64,000 bases of DNA from Octopus vulgaris (taxonomy: Eukaryota), in contig OX597821.1 of NCBI GenBank assembly GCA_951406725.2, positions 10,106,001 to 10,170,000 of the forward strand, read 5' to 3'. Every line of letters begins with the position of its first letter. Position 1 is the stretch's first letter. The position numbers were made by a program, and so were the translations under genes. Under the pieces are notes generated by a model, which searched no databases, was not told the origin of the DNA, and saw nothing but the letters and a program-made list of their open reading frames with translations. This document shows, piece by piece, positions 1 through 13,658 of the stretch.

Positions 1-1810
1 ACTTTCTGCACTATCATATCTAATTTATGCATATTCATAAATCATGCGCGTTTGATTTGACAATACATCCTATTTTTGCATTATCACAGAATGTTTTCTG
101 TTTTAATAGAGACATATATACACAAGCTCGTTCACACATATATACATATACACGTAAATGTACTTCTTCAGTTCTTGCACAGGTGCTTTATCGCCTCTTT
201 TGCCTAGTATTTCATTTATGTGTCTCATCCTTTTATTAAGGTCTTTCATAACACAATACTGCACTTTAGCTATAGTTTCCATTTCTCTGCAGTTTAGTAT
301 ATTCCATTAAACAGGTTCTTTGTCAAACTCAGAGAACATCACATATATGCAAGTCCCAAATATCTCCCACTTGTAATTGTAATTTTTCTGGCTAATACTG
401 TGAGAGACAATGTGGTCAGTTCCTCTTCTGATAACATTCCTGCATTTTGCATCCACGTAATGTTTTGCTTCACTTGGTCACCGTTCAATCGGAATTACAT
501 TATATAACTTAATAGAACGAAAGGCTGTAGTCTTCAACAGAAAACTGGGAAGATTACGCAAGAACTAAAAGCTGTTGATATCAGAAAGAAACACATGGTG
601 TTAAAATAAGTCTGAAATTCTATTAAATCTATTTGGCGATTGCTTAGGAGACGTTCCAGACATTAAGTGTCACAGTCATTACCCGGTTTTCCATTACTGA
701 TGTTTTCAATATCCTATTACGTGTGGTCTTGTATTTTAATAGTCTTTTCATTGTCTCCAATATATGGAGTGGATGTTTTACTGAACATCGCAGGAAGATC
801 CGGAAATATTGGACATTGTTTATAGCCACGTTTCGTAGAGTGTAAAGCTTGATAGCATTTCTAAGATCAGTTCCTTATTTACTTCTGTTGCAGAGTAAAT
901 ACGTTGCTGTGTATGGCTGTGTGTTAACCTACGTATGTATATATGTATTTATAAATCCGCACACATATATATCGTGTTTGTGAGTGTAGGTTATACATAT
1001 ATCTAAATATACATGACTATGCATGTATGTGTTTAACTGTGTTTATGAAAATGTGGGCATCTATATCAGCGATAAGTAATTCTCATGCAATAAGTCACTG
1101 TTTTGTTCGCTAAAGAATTCAGAAATATATATATGTATGTGTGTGTGTGTGTGTGTGCGTGTGTCTGCAGTTTATGCATAAACACAAACACAAGATCCCA
1201 CACAGACACAGCAACACACACGCCTCACACACATACACATGCACATAAACACGCACATACACACACGTTTTGGTCGAGCCAGTCTCGTTCTGCTCCATAG
1301 TTCCACATGTGTGCCCACAATCACATAAGCAGTTTTAGACTGTGATGTGATTTTTTATTCTTTTCCTGTAAGTCTTGCATACATTTGTTTCGCTGTACGT
1401 ATGAAGTAGTGGTGGTGGAAGAATGAAAGTCAGAATAAAGTTAACAGAATAAAATAGCGAAATGGATTAAAAGTGAATTAGTTACTGTATTGGAAATTGC
1501 AATATTGAAGTTAGTAATCGTTAAAATCCAACGTTTCTGCCAGCTCGCCGCCTTCCATAATTCTTAGAACAAGGATGATAATGGCAATGATAAAAGTAAT
1601 ATGAGTGAAACAGATAAAGAGATTAAGTTATTTTTGTTGATTTTCTTATCACTAGAAAACAAGGTTATCAGCTACCGCCACTGTTTTCTGTAAGTTGGGT
1701 AAATTTTTGATTAGAGGGCGCTTCAATAATGGCACACTAAATACATGACGTCGGTTTAAGAATACAATGAAACACTTACACACACACACAGACACACACA
1801 CACACACACG

Positions 1811-1837
<27 letters not shown>

Positions 1838-1841
<4 letters not shown>

Positions 1842-2340
1842 TTATAGAAGGAGCTTCTACAGGACTAGAACTGTTTCATTCAAAAGAAATCATCAGGAAG
1901 CTAGGTGACAAGAGTAGTTTTGGCATTTATAAATTTAGGCAGGTTTAAAGGGGTGGTGATGCCTACAATCTCAATATAATTGACAACTATAGGCAATAAA
2001 AAAACAACTTTTAACCATAGGCTGAAACATATGTATTCAATTATATTGTGTATATATGTATGCTATTAAGTTTCCCATTTTTGTTAAATGAATAAATAAT
2101 TCAACATTCTAATATCCGAAAGCTGATAAACAAACTAAATTGTTTCTCCATTTTCTTATTTGTATTATGAATTAACGGTAAAATATTCCTTTGCTTTCAC
2201 CCGTTTAATACAATAAATAAGTTAATTGCATTGCAATTAAAAACACGTGTGTATTAATAATTTGGGTACTTTACCAAGAGTATATTGGATAAATACTATC
2301 CCTTAGTGGGTTGCACCCATAACCCCTAACTTACTTTGTC
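1838..2340 (-). mobile_element. Penelope-like element terminal-repeat (pLTR) fragment
   Basis: AT-rich segment between two (TA)n arrays that carries a minimal hammerhead motif at 1852-1902, a hallmark of PLE pLTRs. Boundaries approximate. Confidence 0.45.
1852..1902 (-). ncRNA. Minimal type I hammerhead ribozyme motif
   Basis: Minus strand reads AGCUUC-CUGAUGA-uUUC(uuuu)GAAu-GAAA-CAG(uucuaguc)CUG-UA-GAAGCU. Core intact, 6-bp stem I, short stems II/III, GUA cleavage triplet; first stem II pair is a U-U mismatch. Confidence 0.75.
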
Positions 2341-2341
2341 T

Positions 2342-2423
2342 TATATATATATACATATATATGCATATATATGCATATATATATATATATCCATATATAT
2401 CCATACATATATATACATTTATA

Positions 2424-2518
<95 letters not shown>

Positions 2519-2525
2519 CCGTATA

Positions 2526-2563
<38 letters not shown>

Positions 2564-2572
2564 CATATATAT

Positions 2573-2611
<39 letters not shown>

Positions 2612-2656
2612 TATCCATACATATATATACATATATATGCATATATATATATACAT

Positions 2657-2735
<79 letters not shown>

Positions 2736-2912
2736 TATACCATACATATATATACATATACATATATATCCATATATAACCATACATATATATACATATA
2801 TATATATATCCATATATATATATACATATATATCCATACATATATATATATACATATACATCTATACATATATACATATACATATACATCCATACATATA
2901 TATATAGAGAGA
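2342..2912. repeat. Long interrupted (TA)n microsatellite
   Basis: Directly visible; explains the overlapping YIYI ORFs at 2303-3014. Confidence 0.97.
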
Positions 2913-4377
2913 GAGACCAAATTATACGTACGCCGCTCTATTTATACAAAAAGGAACAATGGGACAAGAATGCAAAACATCCAGACAGACGATAGAATAA
3001 AAAAGGACGGGTGATTCCGAGTATTCTTTCTTCAGTCAAATTCCATGTTATGTTTGCAATTTCGAGATTGCTCCAATCTGGCCAGCCAGTTATCTAAGAT
3101 GTTTTGGAATTACAATGTCCCCAAAGTTTTCGACTGTTTACCAGATAACTGAATTTAATTTTCGTTGAAAAATAAGTGTGGATGAATGCACTCTAATCCT
3201 ACCACATTTATGTGTAGAGACCTGTGCTCAGAGAAACACGGTTATGTTCCCAAGATGGCACATTGCCTCAAATACTTATTTTCTCCACCGTGAGTTCAGC
3301 CATATTTCTAGTAGGAATTATTAGGATTTATGCCACCACATTCTTTCATTTTCCCCTCGGGTTTCTTATCGACAAATTATTTCACTTTTACTGAACTCTT
3401 AAAGGAAAGATCTGTAAAAGTTTGACAATGATTCCTTTATCATTAAATTTCTTGTGGTAGTCTCTTTTACATTGAGTTTCTATTTTGTTTTAATAGCATG
3501 TTGATGTGTAAGGCATCAAATACTGCGTTTGATATTTATAACTGTGAATTTGATAAATATTATTTCTTGGGCGGCTGAATAATTACTTCGTTCATTGTGA
3601 TGTTTTCTTTTTCACTAAAGATATCATGTTTTTCAGTTATATTTTCTTTGGCTGTACGCATTGTTTAGGATTTGTTGGTTGTTCATTGAAGTGCCTGGCG
3701 TTGTCTATATGTGAGCATTGTACTGGTGTTTCATCAGTGTTTGAGTTTTTATCTATACTGAGATAATGGTAAGATATTTTCTTTTCCCTTCACCACCGAT
3801 GGAGCTGTTCAAGGTTTGGTGCACTGTCACAGTTCGTTATTTGCTAATCGGTGTTACGAAATTCTGAAGGTTAATTCAAGCATGTTTGTGTCAGTTGTGT
3901 CGGTGTTGGTGCTAGTTTCTGGAGAAGAGTACTCGTGGTGGTACCAACTTCACCAACTTAGCAATGATTTATAAACATTCTCATGTTGACGTTACCAAAC
4001 AAGATGATGTCGTTGTTCTTGCAGCTGAGGTTGAGATGTAGGGAGCTTCTTGTCTCTTTGTTTCAAAGCAGATAGTTAACTCTAATGGGGCGGTACTCAT
4101 ACAGCGTAAGTCGCGTTTAGCAGTCTTGGCATATATTAAAACATTTATTTATTACAGATACTCGATACAAATGAGGTAAACAAACTCCGAAACATCCCGG
4201 TCTTAACAGCGTAGAAACATGGCCAAGTGATATCTACTATAACATCAGGCCGACCAAACACGTATGAGTGGATGTTTTATACAGAAATTGAAAGAAACAG
4301 ATTGTGTGTGCGTGTTTGTGTGCGTATGTATGTGTGTATGTATGTATCATGTATGTATGTATGTATGTATATATGCA

Positions 4378-4591
4378 CGAAGAGATGCTGAACAGTTCCT
4401 GGCATTAAAGGTTTGCAAAAGGCTCGGCTGAAGACCCACAATTCTGAGTTGTTTTACAGGGTTTAGTAAAACTGAAGGTACCGCAACAATGTGTGAATCT
4501 GAGAGGGGAATATAATAGTTAACATCATAAATCCCTGATCCTACGTAATTTTCCTTTAACCAAATCTAGTAAATTTACAGTACGCCCTCCG
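4378..4591 (+). mobile_element. Mariner-derived MITE (degenerate)
   Basis: Imperfect TIRs (cgaagagatgctgaacagttcctggc ... tctagtaaatttacagtacgccctccg). Internal remnant reads KLK...CVNLRGEY, like a mariner transposase C-terminus. Confidence 0.6.
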
Positions 4592-4669
4592 ATATCTATA
4601 TATATATGTTCGTTTGCGTGTGGGGTGGAGATGTGCGTGCGCGGGCGCGTGTGTAAATGTGTGTCGGTG

Positions 4670-4855
4670 TGTTTCCTTTTTGCATCTGTATCTCCTACTA
4701 CCATTTAACAGTCGTGTAGATGTTTTTACGTCCACTTCACCCTAGCGGTTCGACAAAAAGATTGATAAAGTAAAACAAATAAATACAAATAAATACTGGA
4801 GTCAATTCATTCCTGAACGCTGCACCGTAGCTTGGCTGAAATGAGAAGATGGAAG
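4670..4855 (+). mobile_element. tRNA-SINE 3' half, old copy
   Basis: tttacgtcc...tagcggttcgacaaaaag...gactgaaa-like tail; matches the reverse complement of the SINE at 55165-55530. Confidence 0.55.
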
Positions 4856-5609
4856 ATAATATAAAATATAATTAGCAGATTATTTAAACGGTACCGAAAA
4901 TATGTAAATGTTATCAAATATTCTTCTGAGAAAAACGTATTTATAGATACATTCTAATATCCCATTTATCGGATCATAGAGTCACTAGGTTCAAATAATA
5001 CTTTGTTACTTATATGTTACGTGACAGCTGACATATTTCTTTTTAAGAATATTATTGCAGTTTTGGATAAGAGTCCACCTCAAGATATTTTTATCTCTTA
5101 GTGTTATAACTATAACATTTGGTTTTAGTGTCTATTATCCATACTCAAAAGTGTACCCAGTTTATGTTCTCTGTACAATAATTCAGTAACAATTGAAAAC
5201 AAGCATCCCTTTGTAAAGTTGGTAAAGGAAACAAAAGCTGTTGGTGCTCTCATTGTTTTTGCTACTTATACTAAGACTACTATCTCCATTGTTTTTACTT
5301 CTGCTGTACTTTTATATTCGTGCTGTACCTTTATATGAATATTCGAGTTTCACTTATAATCAGTGATGGTAGTGGTATTTCTGTTGCTATCATTACTGTT
5401 TATTTCAGATTTTTGTTATTGTTATTGTAGCCGTACATTATTTTACGCGTGATTTCCGTTCATCGATATCATTTTCCAAGTGAGAAATGTTCTCTTTAAT
5501 CATTCTCTTATCTTCTATTATCTTAATATATCTATCACACTGTTATCGCCATTGTGAACAATAATATTGTTGTTCTTATTCAAGAAATGTCTCTTTCTCT
5601 ATATAATAT

Positions 5610-5790
5610 TTTACTTGTTTCAGTCATCTGACAGCTGCCATACTGGGGCACTGTATCGAGGAAGTTTAGTGGAAAGAGTTGAGACCAGGACGATTTTTAA
5701 GCCTGATAAATATGTTATTCTCATTCGGAGAAACGCTAATTTACAGGAACGTCAGCACACAAACACCGGTTGGTGGTGGGTTACAAACAC
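5610..5790 (-). mobile_element. tRNA-SINE 3' half, diverged
   Basis: ttacttgtttcagtcat...gccatactggggcac...acaccggttg aligns by eye with 55171-55335. Confidence 0.7.
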
Positions 5791-6903
5791 TGATGCAATG
5801 ACACTCACATGTCTATTTACCTATTTGTCTATCTCTTTCTCTTTCTCTCTCTCTCTCGCTCTATCTATCTGTATATATACATTTTGATGAACCCTGACAC
5901 GTAACAAGAACTCATGTCTGGAAACCTCATGGCATACTCAGATTATTGAAAAAAATCGATAATAGGGCCCTTAGAATGGATCCTTGTATATATCTAATAT
6001 ATTTTATTTGAAAAACTAAGAGAAATAACCCATTCATTTTCCTAAATTATTTGGTAAAAATGAAAATCAGTATGCTTATTTCTTAGTATTTGAACTGTTA
6101 GAGTTATTTTCGCACTTTATCCAGTAAAACCCTTAAACAAGTAAATAGTATTTTCCTAAACAACAGATCCACTTATTTCGCGCCTTATTCGCGAATATAC
6201 CAAAAGTAGCGCCCCTGACGGTAATATTCTTTGGGAACGAACAAAAGCCCTTTTTAGAGTTATTTACTTTGAATTATTATCGTCTCACATCTCGTCCTAG
6301 GGAAAACCTCAAAAGCATTGAAGAAATCTCGCTACATCACTGGGTTAGGTCGTAGATAATGACAGGTCTACAAGCACCAAATTTGCAATTGCTTACATCG
6401 AAGACTACCAACGTATACTTTTCGAAGAAGGTGGTCAGTACCTCGCGTTCCCAGTCATGCATAAATAGCAATTCGACATCCACTTTTCAAGACCGACTAA
6501 TATATGCTTATTCTGTAAGTCATCGAAAATAGGGTTAGATGATTTGTGTCGTGCTGATGGTCGTCACACTAATAACTTGTAACCTGAGGTCATTCAGCGG
6601 GCAAACTTGCTTCCAAAATAACCCAGGCCGCATACATTTATATGACACATATTTACTCCTGTTAAGATGACAACGTGTTCAGAGTAGCACAAAAATATGG
6701 ATAAGAATTTATCAAAATCTGGCTGTTGCTGAAGGTCAGGAGGTTCGAATGTCATGTTTTGTTGGAGTTCCAAAAGAAACTCGCTTCAAAGATTACTCAT
6801 GAGTTTTTATTAGTCGTCCAATCGTTGTGACGGAAGCAGCAAAATGAATAAAAAAAACAACAGTATTATTAACAACAGCAACAACAACAACAACAACAAC
6901 AAC

Positions 6904-6941
<38 letters not shown>

Positions 6942-6957
6942 CAACAATAATAATAAT

Positions 6958-7430
6958 GAAAAGCTTCAAACAAAGAGCATTTCTTCCTCATTGATATGAC
7001 AATCCCAATTGATATAAATGTATTTTTAAGCACCTACCAAAAACTAAGCAAGTATAAAATCTTGAAATAGAAATTGGCAAAATGTAGAACCTCAAGACTG
7101 AAACAATACCTCTTGTCATATGTGCCCCAGGAACAATAGCAAACGTGGCTCATTCCTACCTAGCTCAGGTACCAGGAAATCCCAAAATGGCAGAAATTCG
7201 AATGATATTGTTCTTGTGAACTGCCTATATTCAACGTAAAATGCTGTATATATAATCTCAAATTTTTTAAGAAAACTCACAATATTTTTTATGTTTTCTT
7301 AAACCTTCTCTGGAACAATTCTAAATGCAAAACGAAATATAGGACACCCTAGGCATAATAGCAACTTGAACTATTAACGTGTCTCTAAACGTCTATATGA
7401 GACTTGGAGTCAAATTGTAAAAATACCTGG
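6958..7430 (+). mobile_element. R4/Dong-type non-LTR retrotransposon, 5'-truncated (RLE C-terminus + 3' UTR)
   Basis: Translates with stops/frameshifts to LIDMTIPIDIN...YQKLSKY...EIEIGKM*NLKTETIPLVI..PG...PGNPKMAEI; flanked by (TAA)n; homologous to 9530-9965. Confidence 0.85.
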
Positions 7431-7470
7431 CAGATGACTAAATCTTTACCTTCTTTTCGTTATGTAGACA

Positions 7471-7531
7471 TAATAATGATAACGATGATAATAAAAATCA
7501 TAATAACAACAATAACAACAACAATAACAGC

Positions 7532-7617
<86 letters not shown>

Positions 7618-7625
7618 TGATAATG

Positions 7626-7696
<71 letters not shown>

Positions 7697-7697
7697 A
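7471..7697 (+). repeat. (TAA)n microsatellite (retrotransposon tail/target)
   Basis: Directly visible; source of the poly-I and poly-Y ORFs. Confidence 0.97.
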
Positions 7698-7698
7698 T

Positions 7699-8385
7699 GA
7701 CTGAAGTTTTGATATTACCGGCACAAGATCTAAGCTTGTTTACAAAAATAATACCAGGTAACCGTTCTTCAAAATAGTTCTGACCTTAAATACAGATTCT
7801 GGTCTCTGGATGCCATGTGCTGACACCAAATTCAAAAATACCCACGATAGTGTAGGACAGTATCTACGTTGTAAAATATATAAACACTACAAAATCAGTG
7901 CTCCTGCTTACTGGTATGAACATAATCTTGAGCCAATCGTTCAAGTTAAAAAAAAAGTTTGCTATCTTTGGGGATTTTTCACTCAACAGCGACAGAAATA
8001 GTCAAGATAATTGACCATACATAGTCATTAAAGACAAATAACATATTACTTGTAGACTAATTAATGTAAATATATCTGTAAAGAAATATATCTGTAAAGC
8101 AATTTGACAAACTAAGCAAATTTAAGGAACTGGATATTGAAAACTAAACATGTGGTGTATTATAGCGAGAAATGTTCCTATTATTTTAGGTACACTATGT
8201 ATGATAACAAAGGGATGTCACCCCAGGATATCATATCTTATAGAAATCCAAAAGATCGTGCAGACAAGTACTGCACACGTCCCTAGAAAAATGCTAGCAA
8301 TATAAATACTTGTGCTGTATCACATGAATATATTTCGCTACTTCTTAAGGCAACTGAAAATCCCATGCAAGGATGATGTCCTGCA
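7699..8385 (+). mobile_element. R4/Dong-type fragment, second family (linker + RLE)
   Basis: TEVLILPAQDLSL (cf. EGFI.AAQDQSL), GQYL..KIYKHY...WYEH, PYIVIKDK, EIQKIVQTSTAHVPRKML; lies between TAA arrays. Confidence 0.75.
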
Positions 8386-8470
8386 AATAATAATAACGAT
8401 GATAATAAAAATAATAATAACAACAACAACAACAATAACAACAACAATAATAATAATAATAATAATAATA

Positions 8471-8686
<216 letters not shown>

Positions 8687-8687
8687 T

Positions 8688-9128
8688 ATGGGCTACAGTA
8701 AATATTCTACTGAATACCACAGATTTACTTGTCAGTTGTTTAATCTTAACCAGCTGAACATGTCTTTAGTGACTCACCATATGTGCATCTCTGACAACGA
8801 GCAGAATTAGTAGGGAGCATCATAGCCGTGTGTAGAAAGGAACACATAGAGCTTTGGATAATTCACCTTTGGAAACATGGGTGGTTCGTTCAACATCCTT
8901 AATCCTTATTCAGGGATCTTTTGAGCGTGATGGGTTACTGTACAAGAAGAAAATTCTAACTTGGCCTCACCTGCAAGGTCGTGCGCTGTTCATCTTGATA
9001 TGAGATCACCATGTCACGCACATAAGGTTGTGAGGCACGTGCCTGGTATACCCATACCAGACAGGTAGTCATGATGGGTATACTGGGCTTCGTATGTCAC
9101 TTTGATCGCATGCACTGCTCTCTCAGTC
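8688..9128 (+). mobile_element. TAA-tailed non-coding retroposon, copy 1 (5'-truncated)
   Basis: Homologous to 10361-10765, 33281-33814, 35008-35489 and 35920-36431; common 3' end ctgctctctcactc-like + (TAA)n. Confidence 0.85.
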
Positions 9129-9164
9129 AATAATAATAATAAAAATATTAATAATAATAGTAAC

Positions 9165-9968
9165 AGCCCAAGATCAATGCGTACCTACAAGGGACTAACA
9201 GGCCAACATGTTAATGAACGGCAGCCTCCCAGCATGTCGTGTGTGTCAAAAACAAAATGAAACCATTGGTCATGTCTCCATGTGAAGTCTTCTTGCTCGT
9301 GCAGAATATCTGTACAGACATTATGGGAGCTGCACAATATATTCACTGGGTAATTTGCAAAAGCCTGGATATGTGCCACGATAAGAACTGGTGGGAACAC
9401 AAAGCACCCCCACTGCTTAAAATGGTCACATCCCACCCCTCTGGATCTTCACCATTCAAACTGACAGAAAGATAGATGCAAATATGCTAGTCATCATATT
9501 GAAAGACTTCATCCACAGTCATGCCTCCTCATTGATATGACTGTCCCAATCGATATAAACGTATCCGTGAAGACCTACCAAAAACTGAGCAACTATAAAA
9601 ATCGTGAAATATAAATGAGTAAAAATGTGGAACCTGAAGACTAAAACAATACCTCTTGTCATAGGTGCCCTAGGAACGATCGTTAAATGGGCTGATTGCT
9701 ACCTAGCTCAGATAACAGGAGACCACAACATGGCAGAAATTGAAAAGATAGTGCTTACGGTAACTACATATATCCTACATAAAATATTGTCTATGTAATC
9801 ACAAATTTTAAAACAAACTTATCATTTTCTTATGATTCCTTAAACATTCTGTTTGACACACTAGGCATAACACCAACATGAACTTCTAACTTGTCGTCTC
9901 TTGAGGTCCCTGGGTGAGACTTGGAGACAACTTGTACAAATACAAAGCATAAGTCAAACATAAAAGCA
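9165..9968 (+). mobile_element. R4/Dong-type fragment (CCHC knuckle + RLE + 3' UTR)
   Basis: CRVCQKQNETIGH, AAQYIHWVICK...WWEH, TIQTDRKIDAN, LLIDMTVPID, KMWNLKTKTIPLVIGALG, EIEKIVL. Confidence 0.9.
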
Positions 9969-10004
9969 TATTATTAATAATAATGATGATGACGATAATA
10001 ATAA

Positions 10005-10337
10005 GAAGGGAAAGAAGAAGAAGAAGAAGAAAGAAGAAGAAAGAAAGAGAAGAAGAGGAAGATGAAGATGAAGATGAAGATGACGACGAAGATGAAGGGG
10101 AAGAACAAGAGGAAGAAAAAGAAGAAGAAGAAAAAGAAAAAGAAGAAGAAGAAGAAGAAAAAGAAAAAGAAGAAGGAGATGAAGATGAAGAAGAAGGTAA
10201 GGAAGAACAAAAAAACGAAGAAGAGAAAGAAGAAAAAGAAGAAGAAGAAAAAGAAGAAGAAGAAAAGAAGAAGAAAAAAGAAGAAGAAGAAAAAGAAGAA
10301 GAAGAAAAAGAAGAAGAAGAAAAAGAAGAAAAAGAAT
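10005..10337 (+). repeat. (GAA)n-rich polypurine tract
   Basis: Directly visible; gives the poly-E/K/S/F ORF artefacts. Confidence 0.95.
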
Positions 10338-10360
10338 AAAAAATATTAAGAATAATGAAT

Positions 10361-10765
10361 GCCCTGATGCATACTAGGCAGTGGCTCTCACGGTTTTTCG
10401 TCATAATTGATTGGAAATATTATCATTACGTTGTTTTGTTTTCGTATAAAAGATGGGCTATTGCATATGCTCTGCTTAATATCAGAGACTAGATTGCTGG
10501 TTGTTTGAGCGTAACCAGTTGAACATATCCGTCAGTGGCTGAAGATCATGTGATGTTAATCTTAATGTGAGATCACCACATCACGCACATATAGCTGTGA
10601 TGAATGTGCCTGGGTATGCCAGGCACATGCATCACCATGTCGCGCACATATGGTTGAGAGGCCCGTGCCTGGCATACCCATATCAGACATGTAGTCATGG
10701 TGGGTGTACTGAGCTTCGTATATTTTACCCGCCTCACTTTGATGACATGGACTATTCTCTCACTC
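10361..10765 (+). mobile_element. TAA-tailed non-coding retroposon, copy 2 (internal deletion + tandem duplication)
   Basis: Starts gccctgatgcatactaggcagtggc like copy 3; the atcaccatgtcgcgcacata...gtgcctgg segment occurs twice (~10572-10675). Confidence 0.8.
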
Positions 10766-10829
10766 AATAATATTAATAACAATAATGGTGATAATAATGA
10801 TAATAATATAAATAATAGTAATAACAAAT

Positions 10830-13140
10830 ACAACTACAAAACCTAACTGAAAGAAATAGAAATACAAGACAAAAATGGAAGGTGTGCATACATGTTGTTA
10901 TTCAACACTAAACCCAGAAACATCAAACACACAAAATAGACCCACAATGTCTAGAGGTAAAAAAGTACGTACATCAGGCTGTACCTGGACATAATAATAT
11001 GGGTGCTGCGAGATGTGATATCCTAAAATATAACGACACGCAAACAGCGAAATTGACAAAATAATCAGATCAGTCAGAAATCAGCTCAGTGTTACACACA
11101 CTCACACCCACAGAAATAAAACCCTGAAATCACTCACTCAAACCAGCAAACTAGGTACACAGAACCCTATGAAGATGGACCATGGATAGATACTAAAATC
11201 ACTATAAATGATCATTTCATCAATGGACTATTAGTTGGAATATTAGAACAATATCTAATACAACTACATAACCTTTCCACGAAAGGAACCAACTTCCCAG
11301 AATAATTAATATTAATAAGACTAGACAAGTAATCGAAGAAGTTGATGGAGCACTTGGAAAGCTGATACAACTCTTTGAAAATAATAGAGAAAGTGCTCTC
11401 GAAGTAGTGATTGATGAACTTGTTTACTCAGCTGCTTATTTAGCAACTCAGAAATGCGGTATTAAAATTAGAGTTAGATTTTAAAAAGTGCAAAGTACAC
11501 AAACAAGCTGCATTGATGGAAAGAATAAACCGGCAAATAATCCAACTAAGAGAATACACTTGAATCAAGCTAAGTGACAAATAATAAACCCAACAAACTA
11601 ATAAGAATAATTGCTAAACATGTCCTTTACAAGAAAACAAAAGATACAAAGAGAAAAATCCTCAAACAAAAATTACAGTTAAAATCTAAACGACTGGCAA
11701 GATACAAAAAAAAAGCATTCCATAGACAAATCATAAAATTGAAGGAGAACAGACAAAATTTCTACGGGGAACTGTGGAAAAATATAGTTATTGTGAAAAT
11801 ACCTCCTCCCCAGCAGCAAACTGAAGATTTTTGGAAAAATACTTGGAGTAATTCAAAGGATTTTAATTACAATGAACATTGGGTCAGAGACATGGAAGAG
11901 GTCAATATGCACCTAAAATATATCAAGAATGGTAGGATATAACAACTGGAGAAGTGAAGGCAGCGCTCGCTAAGTCAAAGAAATCGAAATCTGCAGGTAT
12001 AGATAAAATTCCAAATGTTTGGCGAAACTCTTTAATGAGCACTCACCACAACTTAGCCGTAGGAACCGATGAAGCCATGCCCAACACTGCGAAAGCCTCA
12101 AACTGGCTTACAGAAGGGATTACATATCTCTTACCAAAAACAGAAGAAACTACTAACCCCGCAAAATACCAACCTGTAAGAGGCCTCACCACCATATATA
12201 AACTGTTAATATCTATAATAGGGAATAGAGCATATGGCTTCTTGGACAATAGGATGTTATTCCCAGTGGAACAACAGGTATGTAAAAGGAGTTCTTATGG
12301 ATGTAAAGATCAATTACTGATTGATAAAATTTTCGCTGAAAATTGCAAATCGAAATGCAGAAAACTTCGCAGCATTTGGTTTGATTACAAGAATGCTCTT
12401 GACAGTGTCACCCATGCATGGATCATCTAGGCGCTGGAAATTTGCAAGATGGCTTCAACATTTCTGAGCGTTTTAAAAGTAATCATGAATTCGTGGAGAT
12501 CCACCCTCATTTTAAACTATACACAAGGATATACCATATCACGGGACATCAATATCACCAGTGGTGTCTTTCAATGTTACTCATTATCACCATTAATATT
12601 CTGCCTCGTTATTTTCCCATTATCCACGCAACTGAATAATCCTATAGAGGGTATAATATCTTTCACCAGGAAATTAATCGTCTACTTTATATGGTTGATC
12701 CAGAACCGTTTGCCAAAGACGACAAAGAATTAGAAGGGCTCTTGAATATTGTCAAAGACTTCAACTCTGAAAGTGGTATGGAACTTGGACTTGATAACTG
12801 TGGAAAGGCTAAATTCAAGGCAGAGAAGTTCATAAAGGTAGAAGACATACAAGTTGATACTGCCATATTTATTGGAAACCTAGACCAATATGAAGTATGC
12901 AAATACCTGGGAACCAATGAATGTGATAGTATCCAGCACTCTAAAATGAAATAGAAAATCCGCAAGGAATGGTAACGAAGGGTAAGAATGGTTCTAAAGT
13001 CAGAATTAAATGCTGCTAACAGAATGAATGCGATCAATTCTTTCACCATACCAGTAACCATGTATAGGTTCGATATCTTTAGGTGGAGTCTCACTGACAT
13101 GCAGAGTATGGATGGAAAGATCCGTAAAATCCTTAGAATT
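10830..13140 (+). mobile_element. R4/Dong-type retrotransposon, decayed reverse transcriptase region
   Basis: ORFs 11574-12954 contain KSAGIDKIPNVW, WLTEGITYLLPK, GCKDQLLID, FDYKNALDSVTHAWI, GVFQCYSLSPLIFCL (QGDSLSP), YMVD (YMDD), GLDNC and KYLG; multiple stops/frameshifts. 5' boundary approximate. Confidence 0.92.
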
Positions 13141-13159
13141 TAGCACGCTTTAGACTTAT

Positions 13160-13247
13160 GAATAAGTGCTGAGGTTGATCTGTTCGACTAAAGGCAGTGC
13201 TCTGGCATGGCCGCTGTCAAATGACTGAAACATGTAAAAGAATAAAA
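13160..13247 (+). mobile_element. tRNA-SINE 3' terminal fragment
   Basis: ttcgactaaaggcagtgctctggcatggccgctgtcaaatgactgaaacatgtaaaag; reverse complement of the tail at 55171-55235. Confidence 0.75.
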
Positions 13248-13424
13248 TAATAATATTAAGAAGGAGGATGAAGTGAGAGAATGACGAGAGGAGGAGGAGA
13301 GGAGGGGGAGGAGATGAGGAAGAGATAATGAAAAGGAGAAGAAGATGAAGCAGTATTAGTAGTATTAGTACTAGCAGCAGTAGTAGTAGTAGCAGCAGTA
13401 GCATACATGATGAAAGGAAGAAAC

Positions 13425-13658
13425 ATTTATTTCTTTATTGCCCACAGTGTCTAAACATAGAGGGAACAAACAAAGACAGTGAAAGGGATTAAGCCGATTA
13501 AATCGATCCCAGTGCGTAACTGGTTCTTATTTTATCGAGGCCAAAAGGATGAAAGTCAAATCGACCTTAGCGGAATTTGAACTCAGAGCTTAACTGCAGA
13601 TGAAATAGTGCTAACTATTTCGCCGGGCGTGCTAACGATTTTGCCAGCCCGCCGCCCT
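13425..13658 (-). mobile_element. tRNA-derived SINE (OR-like family B)
   Basis: Minus 5' end ggcggcgggctggcaaaatcgttagcacg...gagttcaaattccg (A/B-box-like); homologues at 33898-34092, 35537-35887 and 59910-60260. Confidence 0.8.

Noticed and set aside
2303-3014. Long ORFs (up to 217 aa) in many frames; similar ones at 21473-22248, 49820-50143 and 53373-53902
   Set aside because: Translations of (TA)n/(CA)n microsatellites (YIYI/HTHT), which have no stops by construction.
3100-3950. Possible decayed LINE ORF1 on the minus strand
   Set aside because: Coding-like composition, but many stops and no motif I can name with confidence.
5884-5940. TGATGA...GAAAC hammerhead-like string
   Set aside because: C3 is missing and stems I and III do not pair convincingly.
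9886-10404. Acidic, poly-K and poly-S ORFs resembling low-complexity proteins
   Set aside because: (GAA)n tract continuous with a retrotransposon TAA tail; open in several frames with no splice or domain support.
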